A DNA stretch of 64,000 bases, from NCBI RefSeq assembly GCF_964213995.1, contig NC_135817.1:44268001-44332000 (forward strand), in the 5' to 3' direction. The stretch comes from Mustelus asterias. Its lineage: Eukaryota. The translations under genes and the position numbers were made by a program. This document shows, piece after piece, positions 39,205 to 53,574 of the stretch. The notes under the pieces are model-generated. The model saw nothing but the letters and a program-made list of their open reading frames with translations, was not told the DNA's origin and did no database searches. Each line of letters begins with the position of its first letter. The stretch's first letter is position 1.

Positions 39205-39605
39205 ATACTTGATTTTAATTTGATTTATTATTTGATTTGATTTATTATTGTCACATGCATGAGTATACAATGAAAAGTATTGTTTCTTGCAAAGCATACC
39301 ATTCATAGAGAAGGAAAGGAGGGTGTAGAATGTAGTGTTACAGTCATAGCTAGGGTGTAGAGAAAGGTCAACTTAATATAAGGTAGGTCAATTTAAAAGT
39401 CTGACGGCAGCAGGGAAGAAGCTGTTCTTGAGTGACCTCAGACTTTTGTATCTTTTTCCTGACAGAAGAAGGTAGAAGAGAGAATGTCCGGGCTGTGTGG
39501 GGTCCTTGATTATGCTGGTTGCTTTTCCGAGGCAGCGGGAAGTGTAGACGGAGTCAATGGTTTACGTGATTGACTGGGCTTCGTTCATGACCTTTTTTAG
39601 TTTCT
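39205..39605 (-). mobile_element. Rex1/Babar-type LINE 3' fragment
   Basis: Reverse complement of the family at 56180-56745, with a (tcaaa)n tail. Confidence 0.7.
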
Positions 39606-39848
39606 GAAAAGCCAGATAAAAATGTGAAGTGCAGCTTTTTTAATAAAACTAGAATGGCTGAAGGTTCCAACAGCAAGCTGGAGGAGCAGCAGGTAAGTTT
39701 TTTTTATAAAGTAGAGTTGACTGTCAGGTAGTTATAATGGCCCACTCTTGAGAACTTATGGTACTTTAACAAACTGTCTTCAAGTGGACACACAGGCAGT
39801 TGTACTCAAATAAATGTGAGGAGCATTGGAAGGACATAAGAAGAAGGT

Positions 39849-40143
39849 TATTAGTCACAAGTAGGCTTACATTCACACTGCAAATGAAGTTACTATGAAA
39901 ATCCCCTAGTCGCCACACTCGGGCGCCTGTTCGGGTACACTGAAGAAAAATTTAGCAAAGCCAATGCACCTAACCTGCACATCTTTGGACAGTGGGAGGA
40001 AACCGGAGCACCCAAAGGAAACCCACGCAGGCACAGGGAGAACGTGCAAACTCCACACAGGCAGTGACCTAAGCTGGGGATCAAACCTGGGTCCCTGAAG
40101 CTGTGAGGGAGCTGTGCTAACCATTGTGCCACCGTGCTGCCCC
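39849..40143 (-). mobile_element. V-SINE (alternative tail)
   Basis: Reverse-complement copy with A/B boxes and V domain. Confidence 0.88.
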
Positions 40144-41325
40144 AAAGAGAGTAAATGAAATATTCTTTGAGAAATTGCAAGAGAAACATGGGTGGGTGCC
40201 CATGAGCGAAAATCTCCGAAAAATGTATTTTGTGGCATGTAGATGGTGGTGGCTGTGCACTGAGGTCCAGCTCTCTCACCGGCAATACTGTGGGCCACGT
40301 GGAAAATGTCCAATGATCTGAGGAAGGCAGACAAGGTAAGAACCATAAAGACCCAAAACATATTTTTACACTTTAATGCAAAGTATTATGATAAAGTAGA
40401 GGAGAAATTGTTTTCAGTGGCAATTTAGTAACCAGTGGGCCCAAATTTATTGGCAAAAGAACCAGAGGTGACATGAGGAAAAACTAAACTCTGTAACGAG
40501 TTGTTATGATCTGGAATGGACTGCCTGAAAAGGTGCTGGAAGCAGATTCAATCATAACTTTCTAAAGGTATTGGATTAATATTCGAATGGAAAATATTTT
40601 CAGAGCTATGGACATAAAGCAGGGGAACAGGACGAGTTGCATTGCTCTTTCAAAGAGCCAATACAGTGATGGACTGAATGGCCTCCCTCTGGTCTATATT
40701 ATTCGATGATTCTACATATTTTTATGAAAAGCGAACTTATATTGATTAAAATAAGTGAGTGAAAATAGAACTATTTTGATCTGTATGTTTTCTTCCAGTC
40801 TGTGAAGTAAAACAGTTTAACAATCTGTAGTTGAGTGTTCCTTCACAAGAGCTGTTGTAGTCCACCCACCAAAGTATTGGAAAAGAGCACAAGGGGATGC
40901 ATGTGAAAGACATTCAGCTCAGATCACTATTGTTATTCCAATGTATAGTTTGATATTGGGCTGGATGGGCATATTCTTAAACATAAGGTGCACATCCTAG
41001 TCATAACAGTGACTTACACTGCTCTAACAGAGAATATCTAAAGCGGGACCCAATTGGTAGTACTGCCATTTATCAGACGGGTAGCCAAACATTGACCTGT
41101 CCCCTCATAATGACACACAGGCAGAATGTTAAGTGGACAGAAGAAGCTTGAAAGATGCAATTCTCCCCAAGAACTAAGTAGCCATGACAGGTATGATGTG
41201 AGCAATAGGGAACAATGGAACCAAGGTAAGTTAAACCTCTGTCTACCACAGTCACATGACCTTTGCGAACTGCAACAGCTCTAATGGTCTCTTGTCAGTC
41301 TAGCCCTCTGGTTGCATCTTACACA

Positions 41326-41782
41326 TGATGTCGAGATGCCGGCGTTGGACTGGGGTAAACACAGTAAGAAGTTTAACAACACCAGGTTAAAGTCCAACAG
41401 GTTTATTTGGTAGCAAAAGCCACACAAGCTTTCGGAGCCCCAAGCCCCTTCTTCAGGTGAGTAGGAATTCTGTTCACAAACAGGGCATATAAAGACACAA
41501 ACTCAATTTACATGAATAATGGTTGGAACGCGAATACTTACAGCTAATCAAGTCTTTAAGATACAAACAATGTGAGTGGAGAGAGCATCAAGACAGGCTA
41601 AAGAGATGTGTATTGTCTCCAGACAGAACAGCCAGTGAAACTCTGCAGGTCCAGGCAGACTGTGGGGATTACAAATAGTGTGACATGAACCCAATATCCC
41701 GGTTGAGGCCGTCCTCATGTGTGCAGAACTTGGCTATCAGTTTCTGCTCAGCGACTCTGCGCCGTCGTGTGTCGTGAAGGCC
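41326..41782 (-). mobile_element. Penelope 3' part with GIY-YIG C-terminus and hammerhead motif (41423-41459)
   Basis: GLHDTRRRRVAEQKLIAKFCTHEDGLNRDIGFMSHYL*. Motif CAC-CTGAAGA-AGGGGC-TTGGG-GCTCC-GAAA-GC-TT-GTG. Confidence 0.88.
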
Positions 41783-41899
41783 TGAGAATAGGATAAAGAA
41801 AAGTCTGTTCTGACTCCATGGGAAAGCATGATGTGAGGAAAGAGTAGAAAGGCAAGTGCTCAATCCACAACTGATTGCAGGATCTGTGCTCATATATTC

Positions 41900-43086
41900 A
41901 TGGAGATGAACATGGACTTCAGTAAGGCCTTTGGCAAGGTCTCTCATGGCAGACTGGTGCAGAAGGTGAAGTCACATGGGATCAGAGGTGAGATGGCAAA
42001 GTGGATATAGAACTGGCTTGGTCATAGAAGACAGAGGTAGCAGTAGAAAGGTGTGTTTCTGAATGGAGGGCCGTGACAAGTGGCGTTCCTCAGGGATCAG
42101 TGCTGGGACCTTTGCCATTTGTAATATATATAAATGATTTGGAGGAAAATGTAACTAGTTTGATTAGTAAATTTGCAAACGACACAAAGGTTGGTGGATT
42201 TGCGGATAGTGATGAGGACCATCAGAGGATACAGCAGGATATAGATTGGTTGGAGTCTTGGACGGAGAAATGGCAGATGGAGTTTAATCCGGACAAATGT
42301 GAGGTAATGCATTTTGGAAGATCGAATATAGATAGGAAGTTTACAGTAAATGGCAGAACCCTTAAGTGTATTGATAGGCAGAGGGATCTGGGTGTACAGG
42401 TACACAGGTCACTGAAAGTGGCAATGCAGGTGGAGAAGGTAGTCAAGAAGGCATACAGCATGCTTGCCTTCATCGGCCAGGCATTGAGTTTAAAAGTTGG
42501 CAAGTCAAGTTGCAGCTTTATAGAACCTTAGTTAGGCTGCACTTGGAATACAGTGTTCAATTATGTTTGGCACACTACCAGGATGTGGAGGCTATGGAGA
42601 GGGTACAGAAAAGATTTACTAGGACGTTGCCTGGTATGGAGGGCATTAGCTATGAGGAGAGGTTGGAGAAACTTGGTTTGCTCTCACTGGAACGACAGAC
42701 GTTGAGGGGCGACCTGATAGAAGAGTACAAGATTATGAGAGGCATAGACAGAGTGGATAGTCAGAAACTTTTTCCCAGGATGAAAGAGTCAATTACTAGG
42801 GGACATAGGTTTAAGGTGCGAGGGGCAAGGTTTAAAAGAGATGTACAAGGCAAGTTTTGTTACACAGTGGGTGGTGGGTGCTTGGAACCCGCTGCCAGGA
42901 CAGGTAGTGGAAGCAGATACGATAGTGACTTTTAAGGGGCATCTTGACAAATACATGAACAGGTTGGGAATGGAGGGATATGGTCCCCGAAAGGGTAGGG
43001 GGTTTTAGCTAAGTCGGGCAGCATGGTCGGTGCAGGCTTGGAGGGCCGAAGGGCCTGTTCCTGTGCTGTAATTTTCTTTGTTCTAT
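41900..43086 (+). mobile_element. CR1 LINE, 5'-truncated, frameshifted
   Basis: MDFSKA..., GVPQGSVLGP and RT C-terminus, followed by a 3' UTR and tail like those of 4041-5010. Confidence 0.93.
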
Positions 43087-44809
43087 GTTTTTTGAAATTG
43101 TATGAAAGAGGGAATCCTTAACTTCATCCACATTTATCCATGCAGCAGGAGAGGCAATGGGAAAAGGCAGATTTAAACAGTGTGAGAGTCTGCAGCAGGA
43201 GAGGCACTGGGAAGAGGCAGATTTAAACAGTGCATGAGGACCAGCAGCAAAGGCTTTTGGGAGAAGAGAGGCAGACCCCATTCTCAAAATGTGGTGGTGT
43301 AGTCAACACTGAGTGTAGAGTGTTGCAGATAAGTTACTGATAAATATTTATGTCATTGGTGTTTTTGGAGCTAAATGTAAGTAGTTAATTTATTGGGCAG
43401 TGTTTATAGCAGTTAGTGTTTCTTTGCTTAGCATTTGCATTTGGCATTAACTAAATAACGTTAAAAGGTAAAAATAATTTGTACATACATTTTACCTATA
43501 AATAAATTTTGATTAAGATATAGCAGAGCAGGTTGTGTTTCTGCAGTCAATTATGTAGGAAAGTTCGTTAGGCAATTTGAATACCATAAGGTACTAAATT
43601 TCCTCTGGTCACTATTTACTTATGGAATTTGGCCATGCTTTGAATGGTCAAAAATCTGACCTAAATAATGTATATGAATGTAAAATGTTCGTTGTAAATA
43701 TTACCTCATCAGAAATGTCAACATTAAGGTGAAATAAATGATTGATAGCAACCAAAGTTTCAGTGTCATCTCACTGCTATTTTATCTTGAATAATGGGTT
43801 TGACTATATTGTGCCCTGACATTAGACACTGTACTCTATTTCAAGCTGTCACCCTGTTTTATTGTGGTTCACTTACTCTATGAGTGACTTGGAGATGGGC
43901 AGCACATAATTTTTCTTGAAACTATTTATTTACACCATTTCCAAAGATCTCATACTAAGTACATTGTTCTATGGACACAGGTTGTTCTATGTCTTGCTCT
44001 CTAGGAGTCTCTTGGTCATCTGACATCATGTCATACTTCCATCATTATTAACATACTTGTATCATTAACATAACCATTAACCCTTTACTCTGCATTTCCC
44101 CAACATAATCTCAAAACCGTTACATTATTAAACTATTTACATATCATTCCCATCATCTGTTAATCTTTTGTAGTGTTTACAGTTTCCATCCAACTCCTAC
44201 CTCCCTCCGAATGCCCCCCAAACCACTGTTACAAAGGGCATCAATCCCTAACCCAGTGTTCTCAGCTCTCTTGGAGGAGGTCATTGGATGTCAGTGTCCC
44301 ATCATCTTTTCCTTGGAAGGCAAACACTTTTGGTCAAGTGGGATAGCAACTTTACCCAGTAGCTGGCTCCTGGCCTGTGACTTTTACGACAACCAGACAG
44401 TGAAAATCAATGAAGGAAAAACTAATTCAAGAGAGAAATCTTCAGTATTCGAATACTCGCAATCAATTTGAAATTCAGTCTTCTTCTGCATTGCACACCA
44501 GGGAAAGGTGAAAGCACCAGCTTGAGAAAATGAGGCACTTTCAGCTCCTATGAAGAACGTCATAGCTGTATCATTCACTCCTGCTGTGGCCACCAGAGAA
44601 GTATCTAATAGCTTAAACATAAATTAATCTAGTGGAGAAAAAGGATGAAGAATATTCGGAAGACTCTGCAGGATACGATGAAAAGATTTGACAACACACT
44701 CACCCTCCCACTCATTTGCTGAGAAGACCTCCCTACTATTCAGGGTATGAATTCCACTTTCTTTAGGCAGTGACATCATTTTCACACTAACTTCATACAT
44801 ACTTTGTTT

Positions 44810-45185
44810 CTGTCTTCACAAAGGAGGAAACAAATACCATATCAGAAATGTTGGGGAATAGAGGGTTCAGTGAGAGGGAAGAGCTGAAGGAACTCAGTAT
44901 TAGTAGAGAAATTGTGTTGGGGAATTTCTTGGGATTGAAGGCCAATAAATTCGCAGGGCCTGGTAATCACAATCCCAGGGTACTTAAGGAAGTGGCCCCA
45001 GAAATAGTGGATGCACTGGTGGTCATCTTCCAAGGTTCTATAGACTCTGTAACAGTCCCTACAGAGTGGAGGGTACTGACTGTAACCCCACTATTTAAAA
45101 AGGGAGGTAGAGAGTAAGCAGTGAATTATAGACCATTAAGCCTGATATCGGTAGTGGGGAAAATTCTAGAATCCATTATCAGGGG
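44810..45185 (+). mobile_element. CR1 ORF2 internal fragment
   Basis: PRVLKEVAPEIVDALVVIFQ...VTPLFKKGGR, NYRPLSL. Confidence 0.85.
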
Positions 45186-45849
45186 TTTTGGTGAAAAATG
45201 TGCTTGCAAAATATCTATGATCTGTTCATACATTTTAGTGCCTGGCTTCTAAACCTGCACTAAATTTCTGAGGGGATTAAACATTTTTCCCCCTTTTTCC
45301 ACTCAGGAAAGTTGGCACCTTAGTATCTTCAGCTATTTTGATTCCCTGTGCAAAATAGTCAAAACGCTCAGTATAGAAGCTCCATCACTCCACATTTTCA
45401 TCAAAGGGTCGCATGCAAACTTCAAACTGCCGCCATTTTTCCGCTAATGGGGTTTCCCGTATGTACACTTCGCAATGTGTTTTTAGCAGCTAGCTTGATT
45501 TTTCTTTCACACAAGGCAACAACTTGAGCTTTAACCTTTTATTTAACACATCCAGCTCTATAACTTCTGCAGAGTATCGTTACTTGTCCAGCTAGCCTGT
45601 CAGGTCCGGTGCACGTGTGAAAAGCTTATTTTCTCATTTTTCTGTACCCAACGTTTTCCTCGGTAAATTTATCTTCCCGGGTGGCTAGCAAATGCCGTTC
45701 TTTATCCTCGTCACTAGTTTTAAATTGGAGAATGACGCTGGGGAACACAAATAGTTTAAAACAATGGAGCTTTATTTACAGATGTGTGTTCTCTTACATG
45801 TCTGCTTCTTCTCTGCCTGTTTCCCATGCTAAGGACTTATGACATCATG

Positions 45850-48800
45850 TCAAGTAAATCCATGAATACATTAATACGGCAGAGCTCAGTAAGCCAATGA
45901 GAATCAATGTAAATATATAATAATTATCCTCTTCAACGAAAGGATGGTTCTTCTCGAAAGAGACAACAAAGACTTCAGAGGCATTGACGATGGAGTCAAA
46001 GGGATCTAACACGTCTTCTAACAGATCATTTACTTCTGCGGTGACTTCATTCACTTAAACTCTGTTCTGAAATAGCCAGCCAGGGTCTAGAAGCCCCTGT
46101 AGCAGATGGTTACTGCCTTGTTTTTAGTGCATCCTGTTTCCGCCTCATCTAGCCTGTCTTCACAAAGAACTGAGAGATCTGCCATCTCCTCCTGTGATCC
46201 AGTGGATGGTGTTTCTGCAATAAAGACTGGCTCAATTCATAATGAGTCAATTTCAATTTCTTTGACATTTTGAGGTTTCCCGGTCCTGGGAAATTCATGC
46301 CTGAGTATTGCTCCGCTGGTCTCTGCTGTTAGCTCATTGACCAAGTCTTAAACATACTGACCTAACGAGAAGAGAAATTGACTGGTTCTGAAAGATATAG
46401 AGTTTTATTGATTTCTTTATCCGTATGCCTAAGCATTGTAGTGAACTGACCCTTCAATTTGAGATCTCTGTCACCTGGTCCCTGTAGCTTTATGTTAGAT
46501 AGTTGGATTTCTGCTTCTTTAAGCTAGGCTTGAAGCCAGTGTACTTTTTTGAAAAGGCAATGACCCCTGCCCATGTCCACTTTACATCCTGATTTGTATC
46601 CTTGGACTTCCAGCTCTACAGACCAGAACTGCTTATCAGAATCTTTAATTTCTCTGAGGAAATTGTCAGGTTGGAATGCTGTTTTTTTTCAATTTCCTGG
46701 ACTTCAAAGCGGTGGGAAGCTTTTTCCAGCTTACTTGCCTTAAATTGTGCTTTAAATCTGTAGAATTATTCAACATGTCCAGGCTTGCTACTGAGACAGC
46801 ATTCAGCTCCCCCTCCTGGGCAGTCTTCACAGTGATGCTATTTTTGGCACTGCTTCTGGAACATTTTAACACAGGAGAAAGGGTTTTGCCTGCCCCTTCA
46901 GTGGTTTTGGTGAACTTCTTGTGGGCTTTTCAGTAGGCAGAGCTCCCGACTTTGGGTCTAATGGGTGGACCCCTCCCAAATCTCAATGCCAAAGTACACC
47001 ACAATTCGGCTGTCACAGCTCTGCCTGCCATGCAAACTGTTCAGCCTTCTCTAATGTTAAATCCTCTTTGGTTTGCAAAATGCCTGACAGCACATCATTA
47101 AGCATTGCTGATTCTGATGTGGTTATGAATTAACTCATGCTTTAAAGCCCCATAGCCGCAACCACTGGCCAGTCGATACAAGTCATTTCAAAAAGAGAGG
47201 TGGAGAGAAAACAGGGAGCTATAGACCAGTGAGCCTAACCTCAGTACTGGGCAAGTTGCTAGAGTCCATTATCAAGGATTTCAAAGATCAGCATTTGGAA
47301 AGTAATGATGTAATTACTTTCCAAATGCTGATCCAAGTCAGCATGGATTTACAAAGGGGAAATCATGTTTGACGAATCTATTGGAATTCTTTGAGGAGGT
47401 AACTAGTAGAGCTGATGAAGGAAAACCGGTGGATGTGCTTTATTTAGACTTTCAGAAGGCTCTCAACAAAGACATGCATAGCAGACTACTACGTAAAGTT
47501 AAAGCACATCGGATTGTGGGTAGTGTCTTGAGATGGATAGAAAGCTGGTTAGCAGATAGGAAACAAAGAGTTGGCATAAATGGGTCTTTTTCCAATTGGT
47601 GGACAGTGACTAATGGGGTACTGCAGGGATCTGTGCTAGGACTCCAACTATTCACATTATGTATTAACGATTTGGAAGATGATACAAAGTTGGGTGGGAA
47701 GGTGAGCTGTGAGGAGGATGCAGAGATGCTTCAGCGTGATTTAGACAGGCTGAGTGAGTTGGCAGATGCATGGCAGATGCAGTATAATGTGGATAAATGT
47801 GAGGTTATCCATTTTGGTAGCAACAATAGGAAGGCAGATTATTATTTGAATTGGTGTAAATTGGGAGAGGTGAATACTCAGCGAGACCTTGGTGTCCTAG
47901 TGCATCATTCGCTGAAAGTAAACACGCAGGTACAGCAGGCAATAAAGGCAAATGGTACTTTGGCCTTCATAGTGAGAGGATTTGAGTATCGGAGTAGGGA
48001 TGTTTTACTGCAATTATATAGGGCATTGGTGAGGCCACACTTGGAGTATTGTGTGCAGTTTTGGTGTCCTTATCTGAGGAAGAATATTCTCGGTAGGTTT
48101 GTCATATGAGGAGAGACTAAATCATTTAGGATCATATTCATTGGAGTTTAGAAGAGTGAGCGGGGATCTCATAGAAATTTATAAAATTCTAACAGGATTG
48201 AACAGGGTAGATTCAGAAAGAGTGTTCACAATGGTGGGGGAGTCCAGAACTCGGGGTCATGGTTTGAGGATAAGAGGTAAACCTTTAAGGGCTGAAGTGA
48301 GGAGCAACTTCTTCTTCCAGAGAGTGGTGAATCTGTGGCATTCATTACCACAGAAAATAGTTGAAGCCAAAACACTGCATGATTTCAAGATAAAATTAGA
48401 TATAGCTCTTGGGGCTAAAGGGATCAAGTGATATGGGGAAGGCAGGATCAGGATATTGAATTTGATGATCAGCCATGATCAAAATGAATGGCGGAGCGCG
48501 CTCTAAGGACAGAATGGCCTACTCCTGCTTGTATTTTCTGTTTTTCTATTAATAAATGAATCAATAGATTTGTTCAGCTATCGGCTCCTCTGATTGAATC
48601 TTGTCTGTTCAATGATTAGATTCTTCTTAGAACTGAAGCAATTGTTGAAGACCCTCATGATCCTGCTGTAAGACACCAAGGTCTCTTTGATTCCTTGACT
48701 CACCAGGACATCATCAGCTATGGCCACAATTGCATATGGAAGGGTACTGACCTGGTCTTTTTGTGTCTTTTCTTCTAAACTTGAAGCTGTTTGTTACCTT

Positions 48801-49000
48801 TCAAACTGTCTCCTCCAGAGCTCCCTTGATTGTCTTTGGTGTGGACCCTTGATGTCTTGGAAGTGCTGTGAAAGGGTTTATGGCAGTTCAGTGGCTGCTG
48901 ATATCTCTGTCATTTGAATGATTGCTAGTGATATAAATATGATACAGCCCTTGCCCCTCGTCCCCTAAACATGTTGTATTGACTTCAGGATTGTGAACTC
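45850..49000 (-). mobile_element. Degraded Gypsy gag/protease remnant, interrupted by CR1
   Basis: Minus-strand LQTKEDLTLEKAEQFAWQAE (~47020-47085) and KKNLIIEQTRFNQR (~48585-48630) are typical Gypsy gag text. Many stops. Confidence 0.55.
47175..48548 (+). mobile_element. CR1 LINE, 5'-truncated, with internal deletions
   Basis: ORFs 47369-48109 and 48099-48431 carry RT motifs, followed by a 3' UTR. Confidence 0.92.
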
Positions 49001-51499
49001 CATCTTGTGATGCCACTGTTTTCCAACATAACTGGAAAGAATTCTCTTCCCTGCTTTAGCGCTCACTTGGCAAGCAATTGTAATATGGCCTGTCTTTTGA
49101 CATCTAAAGCATTTCGTATTCCTTTACTAACATGCTTCTGCCATTTGCTTATCATCGCAACTACCACAAGGCACTCAACCACTACCACCTTCTGACCAGG
49201 CATTCCCATTCTAAGCTTAGCGAAAGTTATCTGACAGTGGACAGAGCTGTACTCATCACTTGCGTGGATGAAATTCCCTAACATTGTTTGATGCCATCTC
49301 CATGGTAAAAAGCATTCAGCTTACCACTACCTTTTCAAGGCAATTAGGGATCATCAACAAATGCTGTGTTTGCCAATGATATCCATATTCCAAGAACAAA
49401 TGATTTCAATGCCTTGGTATTATAATGGTGGCAAACAAAACTTGACATGAATACCACTGCATTGATCATTACTTTGAGTGTTGGCATAAAATTCCCTGAA
49501 TATCGGTGACTCTGTCTGTCGCCATTCTTTCTTTGTGGGCTTGGACAGTGAGAGCTAATATTTATACAGGTGTGGGGATATCACTGGGTCAAGGTAACGG
49601 AACTCCCTTCCAAACAGCACTGTGGAAGTACCTACACCAGATGAACTGCAGAGGCCTTCTCATGGTAATTTGGATTGGGAAATAAATGGTGGCCTTGCCA
49701 GCAATGCTCACATCCCATGAAATAATTTTTAAAATTAGTGGCCTATAGAATATACCCAATAGTATAATCATGCCTCGAAAGTTTCTTATGTCTAACTAAA
49801 CAGATTCTGTCCTTGTCCTCTCTTGGACATCCTCTCTCTCCAACATAATATTATCTGTAATCAATGCTACTATCTCTTCTCAATTCTTTCTTTCCCTATC
49901 ATTCCTGAGCACCTTGTATCCAGGAATATTTAGTACCCAGTCCTGCAGTTTATTTTGAGACAGGTCTCCATTACCGCCATGCCATCATATTCCCAAGTGA
50001 CTAAGTGCGTCTGCAGCTCACCGACCTTATTTTCCGGACTCTGTACATTCACAAGTATGCGTGACATCTTACGCTGATTCCACCCAATATTTTACAATTT
50101 CTAACTCTCTTTGTCTTTCTTTATGTTTTTCCTCTCTTATGTTACCTCTTGGTTTCCAATCCTTCTACCATGTTAGTTTAAACTTTCCCAATGGCACTAG
50201 CTAACCATCCTGCAAAATGGTGTGCTGGATTTTGTTCCCAGCTCTTTTCAGTGCAACCTATCCAGTCTGCACAGGTCACATCTCCCCAAGAACTGGTCCC
50301 AGTGCTCCAGGAATTTAAAGCCCTCTCACCATGTCTCCAGCCACACATTCACCTGTCACAGCACATGTCTATACTCACTGGCATTTAACAGCAGGAGTAA
50401 TCCGGAGATAATTAACTTTGAGGTTCTTCATGCGAGTTTCTTTCCTAGCTCCAAAATATCTGTGGGCAAGACCTCATTTGTTCTACCTATGTCAATCTAT
50501 GCCTATATATGGTTTAAATGTGGACCACAATTTCAGCAAGCAACCTACAATAAGGTTGTAGATTGAATTCTGCCAAAAGAATTCTACGTGTCGAATTTGC
50601 GTAAAAACTGAGTAACTCCTGCTGCTTTTTTCAGCGGGATTTTCAAAATGAATCTCCCACATTCTGTGCACTGCAGAGTGCACTAGCATGAATCATGATG
50701 AAAATCAATGGGCAGGGCCTATTCCTGCTGGAGAGGCCGGCAGTGTAGCGCTGAGCGGGCCACTGCACATGCGCCAATCTGTCAGTGCTGCGATCGACGC
50801 ATGCACAGTAGCCTGCACTGCCAGCCTCCCGATTGCTGGCCAGCTCAATCGCTGACCAGCCCCGTGACCCTGCAAAGCTGCCCCTCCCCAACCCGCCAAT
50901 GTCTCGATCGCCACCCAAATGTATCCGGGTCAGCCCCGATGTCCCTCCCCCACTCAGCCTGCCTCGGTCTCCCCCCACTCGGCAGTCCCAAAGTTCCCAA
51001 CCCCACCCCTCCATAGCCCTGACCCCCCACCTTGCAGTCCCGACACCCTGCAGCCCCCCCCCCCCCCAGGCAGGCTGATAGGCTGACCCCTCCCTCCACC
51101 CCCACCCCCACTCTGAAGGCCACCCTGATCACTGACCTCTGTCCCTCCATCACCAATCCCGAGGTACAGAGTGGCAGCGGGTCTCCCCCAGCCCCAGCGA
51201 TTGCCCCAAGGCCCTGTCCTTTTAGACCCTGCCCTCCCCTCTCCCGCTCGCTTGACACTGGCTGATGCCCAGTGGGCAGTGTTCATTTTTGGTCAGTCAG
51301 GATGCTGATGATGGTAGATTCAGCTACGGTAATACCATTGAACATTAAAAGAGGTGGCTAGATTCTCTCTTGTTGAAGATGTACATTCCACCGACTTGTG
51401 TGGCACAAATATTACTTGTTATTTTCCATCCAATGCATGAATGTTGCCCAAGTCTTGTTGCATTTGGACATGGACTGCTTCTAAATGCTCACCACCAGG

Positions 51500-53075
51500 G
51501 TGCAGGAGCAGAGGGACCTGGCTGTACATGTGCTCAGATCATTGAAGGTGGCATGACAGGTAGAGAGAACAGTTACTAAAGCTTATTGTATCCTGGTCTT
51601 TATTAATAAAAACATTGAGTGCAAGAGCAAGAAGATTATGTTGAACTTATACATGACACTAGTTAGACCGCAGCTGGAGTATTGTGTACGGTTTTGGGTG
51701 CCACACTATAGGAAGGATGTGAACGCATTGGAGAGAGTGCAAGAACCAAGAATGGTTCCAGGAATGAGAAGCTTCAGTTATGAGGATAGATTGGAGAGGT
51801 TATGACTGTTTTCCTTGGAGAGAAAAAGGCTCAGTGGAGATTTGATAGAGATGTTCAAAATTATGAGGGGGCTGCTCAGAGTAGATAGTTCCCACTCCTA
51901 GAAGGATCAAGACCAAGGATTGAGAACAAAAGAGGGCACAGATTTAAAGTGATTTTCAATAGAAGCAAATGTGATGTGAAAAAAACTTTTTCACACAGCA
52001 AGTGGTTCGTGTCTGGAATGCACTGCCTGGAAGAGTGGTGGAGGCAGGTTTAATCAAGGCATTCAAGGCATTAGGTGATTAGTTGAATAGAAGCAATCTC
52101 CAGGGATAGGGGAAATAGACAGGGGAATGACACTAAGTCATGATGCTCGTTTGGAGAACCAGTGCAGACACACGATGGGCCAAATTGCCTCCTTCACCCC
52201 CATAACAATTCTGCAATTTTATTATTTCTGACTTAAATAGGAGACCTCTTATTTTGAAATGGTTTCCCTAGTCTAGAAGCCATTACAAAGCGAAATGTCC
52301 ATTCCACATCTACCCTATCAAGACCCCTCAGAATTTTACACATTTCAATAAGGTCATATTTCAGTTTTCTAAACATCGTTACGTATAGGCCCAACCTGTT
52401 CAACCTTTTCTCATAACACAACCCCTTCATCCCAGAAATCAACTAAGTGAAGTTTTTCTGAACTTCCTTCAATTTCTTCTTAAGTGAGGTGACCAAAACT
52501 GCACACAGTATTCTAGGTGTGGTCTCATAAATGCCTTATACAGTTGTAACAAGGCTTCCTCACTTCCTCCATCCCCATGGCAATAAAAACCAACACTCCA
52601 TTTACCTCCCTAATTACTTGCTGTTCCTGCATGCTGACCTTTTGTGATTCATGTCCAAAGATGTGTAGGTTAGGTGGATTGGCCATACTAAATTGTCCCT
52701 GAGTGTCCCAAGATGTCTAAGCTAGGGGGATTAGTGGGGCAAATGCATGGGGTTAAGGGAATGGGGAAGTGGTGGGTGTGGGCAAGATACTCTGAGAGTT
52801 GCTGCAGAGCCGATGGGCAGAATGGCCTCCTTCTGCACTGTAGGAATTCTATGATTTACAAGATCCCACTCTACCATAACATTTTGCAATCTCTCTTCAT
52901 TAAATGATGTTCTGCTTTTCTGTTCTTCCCACTAAAGTGGACAACTTCACACGTTCCCACATTATACTCCACGTGCTAAATGTTTGCCTATTCGCTTAAC
53001 TTATCCATATCCTTTGCAAACTCTTTGTATCCTCCTCACAACTTACTTTCCTAACTATCTTCACATTATTAACAA
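51500..53075. mobile_element. Two degraded CR1 3' parts in opposite orientations (+ 51500-52215; - 52230-53075) with an HE1 SINE 3' piece at ~52653-52855
   Basis: LVRPQLEYCVRFW on the + strand and MISGMKGLCYEKRLNRLGL on the - strand. Confidence 0.75.
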
Positions 53076-53574
53076 ATGTGGCTGCAATACAGAGGATATG
53101 CTGGGCCATGAGGGTACAGATTGTGGTTGAATACAATTCTGCTGCTGCTAATGGCCCATAGTGCATCATGGATCCCAGTTTTGAGCTGCTAGATCTGTTC
53201 TGAATCTAATCCATTTAGCACGGTGGTAGTGCCACACAGTAGACTATATCCTCAATGTGAAGTCAGGGCTGGGTAATGGTCACAATTACCAATACTGTAA
53301 TTGACAGATGCTTCCGCAGTAGATCAGTGAGAACATGGTCTTGTAGGTTTTCCTTCTTGTTGCCTCTCTCAATATCAAGCAGAGACTTAGTCTGGCAGCA
53401 ATGTATGTGGGGGCACAGTCAGCTCAGTCAGTACTGGTGTTACAAAACATCTTTTGGTGATGGGCATTGAAATGCCCAACCCAGAATTCAACATGAAGGA
53501 ACACTGATTCATCAGCTAGGAAGGGTGCTAGATGCTTACCAGCAGGGTGTTTCCTTGTCCATGTTTGACCTAAT

